Numbered from the stretch's first letter, positions 45,303-56,002 are shown. The stretch: DNA of 64,000 nucleotides from Calditrichia bacterium (GCA_050633245.1 JBOEGD010000024.1:32001-96000); one strand, 5' to 3'. Program-made: numbers and translations. The notes: generated by a model not told the origin, from the letters alone.

Positions 45303-46634
45303 ATGTTCTATAAATCCATTTTATGGTTGGGCATGGCATGTCTTGCTCTCGTCAGCAGTTGTTCGTCTTATCAAGTGAAGACGAACAACTCTCAAACGAG
45401 CGCACTTATCAAGCGTCTGGAAAATGATGCCGCTGCCTCGCCTGCAATAAGGCCGGATGAACCTTCACAAAGTTTAACTTTTGAAGAAGCGCTGAAGCTG
45501 GCTTTTTCGCAAAATGCCGGTATTGCGGCTGCAAATCTCGAAATTCGTGCCGCCGAGGCCCGAGCGCTACAGTCCGGATCTTATCCTAATCCTGAAGTTG
45601 ACTTGGAGCTGGAAAATGTTGCCGGTACTGGTCCGTTAAACGGCGTTAGTGGTGTTGAGTCGACGTTGACCTTAAGTCAACAAATATTGCTTGGAGGCAA
45701 GCGAAAAAAGAATGCAGACGTCGCGGGATTGGAAGTCAATTTGGCCTCCTTGAGCTATCAACAGCGCCGCCTCGACCTCTATGCTGAAGTCCACGATGCT
45801 TTTAATAAGCTGCTAATCGCTCAGGAAGATGTCTTGTTAAAGCGCGAATCTGTACAGCTATCAGAAAAATTACTGGCGTCTACTTCTAAGCGCGTCAAAG
45901 CAGGAAAAGTCTCTTCAGCAGAAGCTTCGCGTGCTCAAGTGGTTCTTGCGCAGAACAAAATTGCACTTAAGAGTGTGAACAGAAAGCTCGAATCTGCTCG
46001 TCACCAACTTGCCGCAACATGGGGATGCAGCGTGGCCACTTTTAAAGAAGTGCGAGGCGAATACGATTTGCTGTTTGCGCTTCCTAAACTTGATTCGCTG
46101 CACGTCTTGCTAAACCAAAACCCGGACTACGTCCGTTTCGAAACAGAGCTACAGCAACGTCGCGCAACAATTGCGCTTGCAGATGCGATTGCCAAGCCCG
46201 ATCCAACGATAAGTGGCGGCATCAGGCATCTGAATGAAAGTGGAGACATCGCTTTTGTCATTGGCATCTCCATGCCATTGCCGTTTAACCGAAACCAGGG
46301 TGGACGCGAGGAAGCGCGTAATAATTTGTTGAAGAGTGAGCGCGAAAAAGAGATGTGTTATATGAAGCTAAGTAGTGAATTGACAGACTCTTACAACCTT
46401 TTTCAGGCGGTTCAGTCTGAAGTTGTTGCGCTGCAAGAAGAAATTATTCCACAAGCCGAAACAGCATATAAGCGAATTAATGAAGGCTATTTACAAGGAC
46501 GATTCGATTTTCTGGATGTCCTGGATGCCGAGAGGACGCTCTTTGAATTGAAAGACCGCTATTTGCATGCGCTGCGGGAATTCCATGAGTCCCTCGTTCG
46601 AATTGAGCGTTTGGTTGCTCAAAAAATTCATTAA
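45303..46634 (+). CDS. czcC: TolC-family outer-membrane factor (CzcC-like)
   Basis: Lipoprotein-type signal, YPNPEV, LGGKRK, PLPFNRNQG and GRFDFLDVLDAER motifs. Confidence 0.85.
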   Translation: MFYKSILWLGMACLALVSSCSSYQVKTNNSQTSALIKRLENDAAASPAIRPDEPSQSLTFEEALKLAFSQNAGIAAANLEIRAAEARALQSGSYPNPEVDLELENVAGTGPLNGVSGVESTLTLSQQILLGGKRKKNADVAGLEVNLASLSYQQRRLDLYAEVHDAFNKLLIAQEDVLLKRESVQLSEKLLASTSKRVKAGKVSSAEASRAQVVLAQNKIALKSVNRKLESARHQLAATWGCSVATFKEVRGEYDLLFALPKLDSLHVLLNQNPDYVRFETELQQRRATIALADAIAKPDPTISGGIRHLNESGDIAFVIGISMPLPFNRNQGGREEARNNLLKSEREKEMCYMKLSSELTDSYNLFQAVQSEVVALQEEIIPQAETAYKRINEGYLQGRFDFLDVLDAERTLFELKDRYLHALREFHESLVRIERLVAQKIH

Positions 46635-46666
46635 TAACGCGAAGTATAAACGTAAGGAATCTGAAC

Positions 46667-47677
46667 ATGATACATACTTTAAATAAATCTAAATGGTTGA
46701 TGATCGTGTGCGGAATGCTCGCCTCTTTCCTTGTCGCTTCTTGTTCAGGCTCAGATGAGCACACAGATAGAACCGGAAAAGAACTACATGAAGACGTTGT
46801 CGGTCATGCTGATCACGACGATCACGACGATCATTATATTGATAATGACCACAATGATGGCGTAGAGTTATCTGACGCTGAGCTGGAAGAGTTCTCTATC
46901 GAATTGCTTTCGGCCGTGCCCGGATCCATCGAGAAGAAAGTAGTTCTGACCGGGGAGATTGTTGCCAATCCCGGACGGTTAGCACACATTGTTCCTCGTT
47001 TTCCCGGTATCGTGAAAAAAGTACGAAAAAGGGTGGGAGATTCTGTTCGATCGGGTGAGGTTTTGGCTGTCATCGAGAGTAATGAAAGTTTGGCTCCCTA
47101 CAAGGTTACGTCGCTTATTAGCGGTAAGATTATCGAAATGCATCTGACGTTGGGAGAGCTGGTCAGCGATAATAGTCATGCGATAGTCGTTGCTGATTTC
47201 GACCCTGTTTGGGCAGAACTATCGGTTCATCAAAAAGAACTTGAGCAACTTGCTGTCGGTCAGAAAGCAGAACTCTCAGCAAGCAATCAGCTCGCGGGTT
47301 TCTCTGGTGAAATATCGTGGATCAGTCCAATGCTGAGTGAAGAAAGGCGTACCGCAACCGCTCGTGTGGTTGTTGCGAATCCGGATGGTGCGTGGCGACC
47401 AGGGCTTTTTATTCAGGCCAACGTCACCACAGCAAGAGAAAACGTTGCGTTAGCCGTTCCCAAAACAGCGATCGAGATCTTTGAAGGTGAAACGGTTCTC
47501 TTTATTAAATCGGATAGTGTATTTGTTCCAAGGAGCGTAGAGCTTGGGCAGGAAGGCAAAGATACAGTTGAAATTCTTTCCGGACTTGCTGCGGGTGATG
47601 TATACGTATCCAAAGGCGGCTTTACATTAAAAGCGGAACTTGAAAAGAGCGCCTTTGGCGACGGACACGCTCACTAG
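46667..47677 (+). CDS. czcB: RND membrane fusion protein with His/Asp-rich linker (CzcB-like)
   Basis: Lipobox, HEDVVGHADHDDHDDH, PRFPGIV, WRPGLF and C-terminal GHAH. Confidence 0.85.
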   Translation: MIHTLNKSKWLMIVCGMLASFLVASCSGSDEHTDRTGKELHEDVVGHADHDDHDDHYIDNDHNDGVELSDAELEEFSIELLSAVPGSIEKKVVLTGEIVANPGRLAHIVPRFPGIVKKVRKRVGDSVRSGEVLAVIESNESLAPYKVTSLISGKIIEMHLTLGELVSDNSHAIVVADFDPVWAELSVHQKELEQLAVGQKAELSASNQLAGFSGEISWISPMLSEERRTATARVVVANPDGAWRPGLFIQANVTTARENVALAVPKTAIEIFEGETVLFIKSDSVFVPRSVELGQEGKDTVEILSGLAAGDVYVSKGGFTLKAELEKSAFGDGHAH

Positions 47678-47686
47678 GAGGACGAT

Positions 47687-50600
47687 ATGAAAAATATCAT
47701 CGATTTAGTTTTGAAGAGTCGACTGCTGATGCTGGTCCTGGGTGCGCTTGTGATTGGGGGTGGCATTTATAGCTATAAACAGTTGCCAATTGACGCCTTT
47801 CCAGACGTTTCACCGACTCTCGTTCAGGTGTTTACTGTTACTGAGGGACTGGCTCCTGAGGAAGTAGAAAAATATGTCACCTATCCGGTTGAAATCTCTA
47901 TGAACGGTCTTCCGAACCTGAAGAATGTGCGCTCCGTTTCAAACTTTGGGCTATCTGTTGTGAACGTCTATTTTGAAGATAATACCGATATTTATTTTGC
48001 ACGGCAATTGATCAATGAGCGGCTACAGGAGGCCCGGGGAAATATTCCAGAGGGGTTTGGAGATCCTCAGATGGGACCTATTGCCACCGGTATGGGATTA
48101 GTGCTATTCTATTACCTGGAGGATGAAACCGGTTCGTATTCATTGGAAGAGATGCGTTCAATGCAGGATTGGCTGGTGAAATTTCAACTGCAAACGGTTC
48201 CTGGTGTCACCGAAGTCTTGGGTATCGGCGGTTGGGAAAAACAATATCAGGTGGTTGTCGACCCCAATGCATTGCTGCGATATGATGTGACCATTAATGA
48301 CATTGTGGAAAAGATTCATGCGAACAACCTAAACGTCGGGGCGCAGCTTATCGAAAAAAACGCCGAGGAGTTTGTTGTACGATCGGTCGGGCTGGCATCG
48401 AGCATTGAGGATCTTAAAAATATTGTAATTAAAGCAGTAGACGGAACGCCAATTTATCTGGAACAGCTTGCAGAAATTGACATCGGTGGTGCGATTCGAA
48501 GAGGTGTGCAGACTCATAATGGAACTAATGAGGTTGTTTCAGGAATGGTTGTAAAGCTTTTCGGCAGCAATTCTTCTACGGTTATACATGCAGTGGAAGA
48601 GAAGATGGCAGAGATTAACGGAATTCTTCCGGAAGGTGTTCGAATCGTGCCGTACTATGAACAAAAAACTTTGGTTGAGGCCTGTGTAAAAACCGTTACC
48701 AATGCCCTTTACATGGGGATTGTCTTTGTGGTTTTGGTTATATTTGTATTTTTGGGATCGTTTCGACCGAGTCTGGTTGTCGCATTGGCCATTCCATTCT
48801 CAATCCTCTTTGCAATGATTGGTATGCACTACTTTAAAATTTCCGCGAACCTGATGTCTTTTGGCGGTCTTTCCATTGCTATTGGAATGATGGTTGACGG
48901 GACGATTGTTATGATAGAGAATGTCGATCGCCTGCTTCGGGAATCGAAACGTTCAGAATCACGACTGAGTATTGTTGCGCGGGCTTGCAAAGAAGTTATT
49001 CAGCCGATATTATTCGCCATAACGATCATTATCGTTGTATTTCTCCCCTTGTTTACACTGCAGGGTGTTGAAGGTAAGACCTTCTCTCCATTGGCCTTCG
49101 CGGTAGCTTTGGCGATGCTGGGTTCGCTGGTCTTCGCGTTGCTTCTGGCCCCAATTTTGTCTTTCCTGCTTATGCGACGCGGAACGAAGAAAGTTTCATC
49201 GGATGACCGTGAACAAAATTTGTTAATTCGACTTTTGGTTAATGTATATCGTCCACTGATTATTTTCTTTGTCAAGCGTCGTTCGATGGCAGTAATACTC
49301 TCCGGTGTTTTGTTGGTAATTGGAATGTTTATTTTTCCTCGCTTGGGATCGGAATTTACCCCAACCCTGCAAGAAGGTACAATCGTAATTCGGTTAACAA
49401 TGGCGCCTTCAATTTCACTGACTGAGAGCACGCGAATAACCCAAATTACAGAGCGCCGCTTAATAAAGGTGCCGGAAGTCTCCGGAGTGGTAACGCGAAT
49501 TGGACGCGGTGAAGTAGGTGCACATACTGACCCGATTAACAGTGCTGAAATGTTTGTTTTGTTAAAACCGCAAGCCGAGTGGCGAACGGCAAAAAACCAA
49601 CATGAATTACAGCAGGTGATTCGCAATGATGTCGGCGATATTCCTGGCGTCAAAGTGAGTTTTACTCAGCCCATTCAGATGACGGTTGAGGAGTTGCTGG
49701 AAGGCGTGCGCGCTGAATTAGCCATTAAGCTTTTTGGCGACGATCTGTCCGTGCTAAAAAGCAAGGCTGACGAGATTGCTGCTGTTATTGGCAATGTACG
49801 TGGAGCAGCAGATGTGCAGGCCGATCAAATTAGTGGAACACCTCAGCTTTTGATAAAAATCGATCGTCAGGCCATTGCCCGTTATGGCATTAATGTAAAA
49901 GACGTGCAGCAGGTGATCAGAACATCGGTTGGGGGAGAATTTGCCGGACAGATATTTGAAGGTATTCGCCGTTTTGATATTCAAGTGCGCTTAGCCGAGA
50001 ACGCTCGTAACTCAGCGGCAGCGATAGAAAATATTCTCATTCCCGGGCCGGCCGGACTACGAATTCCACTTGCTCAATTGGCCACCATAGAAGAGGTTTT
50101 GGGACCGCGGCAGATTACTCGTGAACAAAACCAACGCTTTATCACAATTCAATGTAATGTTGTTGGAAGAGATATCGGATCATTTGTTAAAGATGGTCAG
50201 CAGGCGATTGCCTCCGCAATTGAACTTCCCACAGGATATCTGGTGAAGTGGGGCGGGCAGTTTCGACTTCAACAGGAAGCGAACAAGCGTTTGGCGGTTG
50301 TTGTACCACTAACGTTAATCATCATCTTTGTGCTATTGTTCTCCAGTTTCAACTCATTAAAAAATACGCTGTTGATCTTGCTAAATATTCCTTTGGCTTT
50401 AGTAGGAGGAATTGTTGCCCTTTGGCTTACTGGCCAAAACCTGTCGGTACCGTCCTCGGTTGGCTTTATCGCTCTTTTTGGCATTGCGTTAGAGAATGGA
50501 ATGGTATTGATCACTTATCTGAATCAGATGTTAAAAGATGGTGTTGAGATGGATGAAGCATCTGTTGATGGTGCTGTGTTGAGGCTTCGACCGGTTTTGA

Positions 50601-50773
50601 TGACCGCACTTACCACCGGACTGGGGTTAGTTCCGCTGCTCTTCTCAAGTGGCACCGGTAGTGAGGTACAGCAACCATTAGCAACAGTAGTTGTTGGAGG
50701 ATTGCTAACATCAACAATGTTGACGCTGTTGGTACTCCCAGCTATATATAAATGGTTTGCGGACAAGCAGTAG
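47687..50773 (+). CDS. czcA: Heavy-metal efflux RND permease (CusA/CzcA family)
   Basis: LPIDAFPDVS, ANLMSFGG, AIGMMVDGTIVMIEN, GVEGKTFSP and RLRPVLMTA motifs. Confidence 0.9.
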   Translation: MKNIIDLVLKSRLLMLVLGALVIGGGIYSYKQLPIDAFPDVSPTLVQVFTVTEGLAPEEVEKYVTYPVEISMNGLPNLKNVRSVSNFGLSVVNVYFEDNTDIYFARQLINERLQEARGNIPEGFGDPQMGPIATGMGLVLFYYLEDETGSYSLEEMRSMQDWLVKFQLQTVPGVTEVLGIGGWEKQYQVVVDPNALLRYDVTINDIVEKIHANNLNVGAQLIEKNAEEFVVRSVGLASSIEDLKNIVIKAVDGTPIYLEQLAEIDIGGAIRRGVQTHNGTNEVVSGMVVKLFGSNSSTVIHAVEEKMAEINGILPEGVRIVPYYEQKTLVEACVKTVTNALYMGIVFVVLVIFVFLGSFRPSLVVALAIPFSILFAMIGMHYFKISANLMSFGGLSIAIGMMVDGTIVMIENVDRLLRESKRSESRLSIVARACKEVIQPILFAITIIIVVFLPLFTLQGVEGKTFSPLAFAVALAMLGSLVFALLLAPILSFLLMRRGTKKVSSDDREQNLLIRLLVNVYRPLIIFFVKRRSMAVILSGVLLVIGMFIFPRLGSEFTPTLQEGTIVIRLTMAPSISLTESTRITQITERRLIKVPEVSGVVTRIGRGEVGAHTDPINSAEMFVLLKPQAEWRTAKNQHELQQVIRNDVGDIPGVKVSFTQPIQMTVEELLEGVRAELAIKLFGDDLSVLKSKADEIAAVIGNVRGAADVQADQISGTPQLLIKIDRQAIARYGINVKDVQQVIRTSVGGEFAGQIFEGIRRFDIQVRLAENARNSAAAIENILIPGPAGLRIPLAQLATIEEVLGPRQITREQNQRFITIQCNVVGRDIGSFVKDGQQAIASAIELPTGYLVKWGGQFRLQQEANKRLAVVVPLTLIIIFVLLFSSFNSLKNTLLILLNIPLALVGGIVALWLTGQNLSVPSSVGFIALFGIALENGMVLITYLNQMLKDGVEMDEASVDGAVLRLRPVLMTALTTGLGLVPLLFSSGTGSEVQQPLATVVVGGLLTSTMLTLLVLPAIYKWFADKQ

Positions 50774-50789
50774 AAGAAAAAATTAGATA

Positions 50790-53700
50790 TCAGCTAGGAT
50801 TCCCGTTGAATATTTCGCGGGAATTCTCGTTGCTGGCATCGAGAAGATAAACATACAGATCGTCACTTCCAGCTCCTGAAATGATGCCTTCTTCTTCCAT
50901 GTGAAGTAATACATTGTTGACATGCTTTTCCAGATTGCGCATCACCTTGTCGTCGGGATGAATATCCAGAAGAAGACAGACGCGTGCCGGAAGCTCATCT
51001 TTCGGGCAGGAGTGCTTGGGAGACTGGCTTAATGATCGCATAATAGCGGTCTGCAAATCTTCTGCGGAAAACTGGTGAAGTTCAGGCGCGCTGTCATCGT
51101 CCAGTGAGTGGCCGTTTCCGTTCAGGCCGTTGTATTCGCTTCCGTTTAGATAGTCTGCCGGGCTAAACGCGTTTTCGTCTCTGCGTGATATCTGAGGGTG
51201 GCTATCATCCTCTGCCAAAATATGCTGCAGTGGCTGAATGTTAAGCGCCTGCAATAGCAACCATAACGGATCGAGAGCCGACGCCCCTTTTTCAGCATAG
51301 ACATCTTCTTTTATCTGCCAGAAACTCCAGCCAAGACGCTCCAGGCGTCGCTGCTTGCCAATGTTCAGCTTGCGGGTGTCGGTACTTGCCTGGTCGTTGC
51401 TGAAGCATTCCAAAACAATACAGCCATTCGGTGACTCTATGACAATGTCGGCGAAATAATCACCGATAAAAACACCCGGTATCGCGCTATAGTCTCTCTC
51501 AGCGAGCTGATGAAATACTTCGATTTGCAGCCAACTGACGAATGGAGCTGGCAGGCTCGAGCGGGTTTGCAGGCTGATATTCGCTTTTGTTATCAGCTCG
51601 CCCATGTTTGTCGATGCGTGATCGGAAAAATGTTGACCGGGATTTTGCAGATAATGAATTAGCTGATAGCGTAGACAGTGTTTATCCAGATGTTCGATTC
51701 CCATACTATGAAAAATCCAGGCTTGTTCACGCCCGCTTATTAAAAGAGAGTTGAACGTCCGCTGGTACGCCTCGCCGGTTAAAGCCGGTTGAAGCTGATT
51801 TGTACCGGCAACCAGGCTGATGAAGACGACATCCCGTTCCTGACCTGCACAGTCTTCTACTGTCCCGCAAATTAATTCTCTTTCAGTGAAGATATCGATA
51901 CCGATTTCATCTAAAATGCGACTTTCAAGCTCCTGCGCTTGCGCACAGCTATCGAGTGCGATAACGCCAAAAGTTTTGCCCAAATAGGTCTCATCTTCCA
52001 GACATTCTTTGATTCTGGCGACAATGGCCTCGATTTCGGAGTCGTTTATGATGCCTGAATCCTGAACCTGTATTGAAGGCTTGTAGATCCGCTCGCTTTT
52101 CAGGGCCGGCAACAGAGTAAACGCATCAGGCTGACGAAGTGGAACCTGCGGTCTGCTTATATAAGATAGCTGGTTTGAAAAGTCTATGATTTCAGCATGA
52201 CAGCGAAAATGTTCTCGAAACTCAATTGGCTTATTTGCGAAACTATGTACCAAATCGTAGAAACTGTGCTCTTCACCTATCAGTTGCCCCGAAGGGAAGT
52301 CTTCTAAATGAATGTTGTGAAGCTGTTTGTCCAGACCCTCTTCAAGAACAGGGGTGTTCGCAGCGCTGATATGCCTGATGTCTCCAAACGTTACAAGCTT
52401 TTCGGCAAAATAGGCCAGCAGTAGTCCTTCCGGACCGGTAAGATTGGCCTCGTCAATTATCGCCACGTCAAAATAGTTTTGCTCAACAGGAAGCACTTCA
52501 GGAATTCTGTGCATCGGTAAAATCCATGCCGGAATAGCACTGGTAGTTACTTGAATGTTTTCGCGATAGGCCTTTCGGTGCAGGTGGCTGACATTCTCCG
52601 TTTGTTTTGCCATAAACTTGGCTGCTGCCGCCCATTCACGAATGCTTTGTTGCGTTGAGGCTGCCAGATTAGAAAAGCAGTGGAAAGATGCGCTCTTTGC
52701 GCTGATATGTGTTGCGTTTTCGGCAATCTCTCTCTGGACTTTCTCAAGCTGTACTTCAAGGTCACCGGTATTTACAGACAGATCGCTGGCCTTATACATG
52801 GTATTCAAGCGAGCCCATTCCCAAGCAGCAGTAAATCGCGATACACGCGAATCCCAATCGGAACTTTCATAGCTGACTAAAATGGACTGCAATAGTTTGG
52901 GACAATATTCAGACATTTTGTCGAGGATCTCGGTTCGGCGCTGTAGCTGTTGTTGAAGTTGCCATGCCCGTTCAAGTTTGCGCATTCTTCTTTCATACGC
53001 CATATGGTCACGGTTTTTTACGGCCGTAAGCATGCTCTTGATAATTGGATGAGCCTCGCTGTCCGGACGTAGATTCCAAAGAATGCGTCCAAGCATAACG
53101 AATGGTCGTTGCGCATTTTCTTCCAGGTTGATAGCGAGCAGTGAGGTTCGCAGGCTGTCGAGAGATTCAAAATCGTTCCAAACCGGCTCTTCAAAACCAT
53201 CAATTTGTACGGCGACGGTTCGAAAGGCATAAACAAAGCTATCGAGCTCCAGAGCACGGAGAAGTGTTTTAAAGAGATTCTCAAACTCGACAAATTGAAT
53301 TTGAATAGGTGCTTTATTAGGTAGTTCGGTATGCTCCTGCCACATCGTGGTGAGAATAGACAACCTGTCTGCGATGTCGAGATACACAATGAGGGGCTGC
53401 AACTGCTCCTCGTCGGTTACCGGAATCCCATCTATCAGCACATCACGCGTTATATAGGCTGTCTCTTTAATCAGCTTTGGGCGAAAAGGGCCGCTACCAA
53501 TCTTGCCACCTGTTTTTAGATACTCGTAGAGTTGAATGGCGTGAATTTTTGACTCACGCATTGTGTGTTCACCCAGGCCACTCACCCGAATGTCTGCTAC
53601 TGCAGGAATCCTGGTACGAATATAATCCAGCTGCTTGGTGGTCTCCTGGGCCAGGTTACGCCATTTATCAACGCCACCGTTCAAGATTTCAATAGCTGCC

Positions 53701-55664
53701 GTTTTAATCCATCCATATACGTGCTGGTTCAACAGCTGATAGGTATCCATGATTTTCGACAGCGCATCGAGCAGCTCATCGCGCATCTCGGTAGGAGACT
53801 TTGACAATATGGGATGATTGGTATTGTGCTTATTATTAAAGAATTCATCATTCTTATCGCGCGCCATGTCCTCAATTTCTTTGAAGCGCGTAAAATCTTC
53901 GGTTTTCATCAGCTGTGCAGGGTCGACGAGACGTCTGCCTAATAACGCTTCCTTCTCGGGGCTGATTTGCCTGAGCAACAGGACAAACTCAACTGCCTCT
54001 GTATTAGATAGCGGTGGCTCGACATCTTCATCCGGGACATCGGGAAACCAGTCGAAGTATTCGCTTTCTTCCTGTAGGCGCTTAATAATCTCTTGCGGTG
54101 TTCCTTCATAAGCTCCGCTATCGAGCGTGCCGTGAACCTTAGCGTTTTCCAATCCGCCTTCCATGGTCTCGATCAGCCGGTTTTGTTCTTCCAGGAGGTT
54201 TTTGTGTTGCTCTTCGAGCGCCTCAATTTCAGCCTTGTTATCTTCTGAACTCCATGCATCGTGCTGCTCAACAAAGTTTTGAATGACCTCTTCAAGCTCA
54301 TGCATGTGCGTCAACTTATCCTTTAGAAGAGGAGCTCTTAAGCTGCCGAATTCTTCTGGCAGGCGGGCAAGCAGGTCGCTTAGGTTGGCAGTGATTTTGG
54401 ATGTGACTAAAACGCGCTTGCCCTGTGCCAACAGATGACAGAGTAGATTTGCAATCGTTTGGGTTTTACCGGTCCCCGGAGGGGCATCTACAACAATATT
54501 TGACGAACGGTCGAGCTCTTTCACAACGCTGAGCTGATCCTGATTTGCAGCAAGCGGATAATAGACAATACGTCGTGCGCTTTCTGCCGATGTATTGTCT
54601 CCGACACCCTGAGCATTCTGTCCTTCAAGACCCAACATTAGATTCTCAATGCCCGGTGGTACCGATTCCGCGGTTTCCAGATCCTGTATGATCTGATTAA
54701 CCATGTGAATAGTTGCTTTCGATGGCAGTTTGCGACGAAGAATCAGGGCCGGGGCAAGTCGGATAACCGGCGCACTTCCCGGTTCTATCGCAGGATCGTT
54801 TTCTGCGATATATTCGCCGTTTCCACCAAGGATTGTAGCTAGTCTTTCCATTGAACTGTCCAGCGACCCCGGTTTCATGAGGTCTTCCAACAGTTTTAGC
54901 TCTTCACGGATATCTGAAAAATCCCACTGAACCGGATGATTCTCTAATACCGGCTCCAGGGTTATTTGCGGTCCGCCACCAGCCGGTCTTACCGAGAGAG
55001 TTTCGGTGCCTGCATCGTAATAAATACTCGCTCGTGCAGAAATCGCGTGATGTTTTACGAGCTGTCCGATGCCGCTATTCCAATAAAGAAAGCCAAATCC
55101 GATTACCGTCTCGTATAGACTATCCATACAGGACTGTCGCTGATACATTTGAAAGAGTTGTTTGAAGAGTTTGTCGCTGCTACGCTGAACGCGATCGCGT
55201 TTTGCCCAGGGCCACCACTCTTTCTCGACATAGGTTTCCCACATCGGCTGAATTTCAGAACGGACTGAATCCAGCTGCAACATGCTCGGCTCACTACCCT
55301 CTACAGGTGGGGCGTTTACGTCAAAAATTTGCTCCAGCAGTTCCGGATATTCACGCTTTGAATTTTTTTGCTGATCTGGGTCGAGCCAAACTGCCAGCTT
55401 GTCGGGGGCAGTAGGAGCATCTTCGAGAATAGAGCGCTTAAGCGTTATCCAATCTTCAGGTGCGTCTTGTTCTGAGGTATTAAACAGGCAAAATGCTTCT
55501 TCGCTGGTGGGAATATCTTTTAGCCAAAGGGAATCAATATACGAATCGATCGAGCGAATTTCACTGAGCTGTAGCTGGAGAAATTCGCGCAAGAAGGAAA
55601 AGAGTTGGAGCGAGCGGTCTCGGACATCACCGCCTGACGAATTATGATCTCTCTTTTCAAGCAC
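50790..55664 (-). CDS. 1624-aa SF1 (DNA2/NAM7-like) helicase fused to a Vsr/DUF559-like nuclease domain and a C-terminal wHTH-like region; motifs degenerate
   Basis: APPGTGKT, FDVAIIDEA, FGDIRH, EHFRC, GQERD and C-terminal ADIVIE...LEC...QRRLERLGW motifs. Confidence 0.8.
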   Translation of the reverse strand: MLEKRDHNSSGGDVRDRSLQLFSFLREFLQLQLSEIRSIDSYIDSLWLKDIPTSEEAFCLFNTSEQDAPEDWITLKRSILEDAPTAPDKLAVWLDPDQQKNSKREYPELLEQIFDVNAPPVEGSEPSMLQLDSVRSEIQPMWETYVEKEWWPWAKRDRVQRSSDKLFKQLFQMYQRQSCMDSLYETVIGFGFLYWNSGIGQLVKHHAISARASIYYDAGTETLSVRPAGGGPQITLEPVLENHPVQWDFSDIREELKLLEDLMKPGSLDSSMERLATILGGNGEYIAENDPAIEPGSAPVIRLAPALILRRKLPSKATIHMVNQIIQDLETAESVPPGIENLMLGLEGQNAQGVGDNTSAESARRIVYYPLAANQDQLSVVKELDRSSNIVVDAPPGTGKTQTIANLLCHLLAQGKRVLVTSKITANLSDLLARLPEEFGSLRAPLLKDKLTHMHELEEVIQNFVEQHDAWSSEDNKAEIEALEEQHKNLLEEQNRLIETMEGGLENAKVHGTLDSGAYEGTPQEIIKRLQEESEYFDWFPDVPDEDVEPPLSNTEAVEFVLLLRQISPEKEALLGRRLVDPAQLMKTEDFTRFKEIEDMARDKNDEFFNNKHNTNHPILSKSPTEMRDELLDALSKIMDTYQLLNQHVYGWIKTAAIEILNGGVDKWRNLAQETTKQLDYIRTRIPAVADIRVSGLGEHTMRESKIHAIQLYEYLKTGGKIGSGPFRPKLIKETAYITRDVLIDGIPVTDEEQLQPLIVYLDIADRLSILTTMWQEHTELPNKAPIQIQFVEFENLFKTLLRALELDSFVYAFRTVAVQIDGFEEPVWNDFESLDSLRTSLLAINLEENAQRPFVMLGRILWNLRPDSEAHPIIKSMLTAVKNRDHMAYERRMRKLERAWQLQQQLQRRTEILDKMSEYCPKLLQSILVSYESSDWDSRVSRFTAAWEWARLNTMYKASDLSVNTGDLEVQLEKVQREIAENATHISAKSASFHCFSNLAASTQQSIREWAAAAKFMAKQTENVSHLHRKAYRENIQVTTSAIPAWILPMHRIPEVLPVEQNYFDVAIIDEANLTGPEGLLLAYFAEKLVTFGDIRHISAANTPVLEEGLDKQLHNIHLEDFPSGQLIGEEHSFYDLVHSFANKPIEFREHFRCHAEIIDFSNQLSYISRPQVPLRQPDAFTLLPALKSERIYKPSIQVQDSGIINDSEIEAIVARIKECLEDETYLGKTFGVIALDSCAQAQELESRILDEIGIDIFTERELICGTVEDCAGQERDVVFISLVAGTNQLQPALTGEAYQRTFNSLLISGREQAWIFHSMGIEHLDKHCLRYQLIHYLQNPGQHFSDHASTNMGELITKANISLQTRSSLPAPFVSWLQIEVFHQLAERDYSAIPGVFIGDYFADIVIESPNGCIVLECFSNDQASTDTRKLNIGKQRRLERLGWSFWQIKEDVYAEKGASALDPLWLLLQALNIQPLQHILAEDDSHPQISRRDENAFSPADYLNGSEYNGLNGNGHSLDDDSAPELHQFSAEDLQTAIMRSLSQSPKHSCPKDELPARVCLLLDIHPDDKVMRNLEKHVNNVLLHMEEEGIISGAGSDDLYVYLLDASNENSREIFNGNPS

Positions 55665-56002
55665 CTGCTTGACCTCTGATGTATTCGATCGATACTACTG
55701 AACGTTTATTAATTCTAAACAGTGTTCACAAGAAAATATAGCCGGTTATATTAAAAGCAATGTTTATTCAGTCACAATTCCGGGTTCTGTTTTCTTGATT
55801 ATATGGCCTGTTTACGCGCTTCTTCGGCATTTTAGCGCGATTGGATTTGATTTTCGGCAAGAAGGAGTTTTTCTCAATTGAGTAGGGTCGCGCGAGCCAA
55901 AAAGGCCTGCTACTCGAAGGAAGGTAGACATCCCTGCCGGAAGGGCGGCTCACTAATCACTGTGGGCCACGGGTTATAAAAGAACAAGCTTTTTTACAGT
56001 GT

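Noticed and set aside
55925-55955. SRP RNA (CCGGAAGG loop)
   Set aside because: It lacks the flanking CAGG/AGCA internal-loop motifs and the long enclosing helix.
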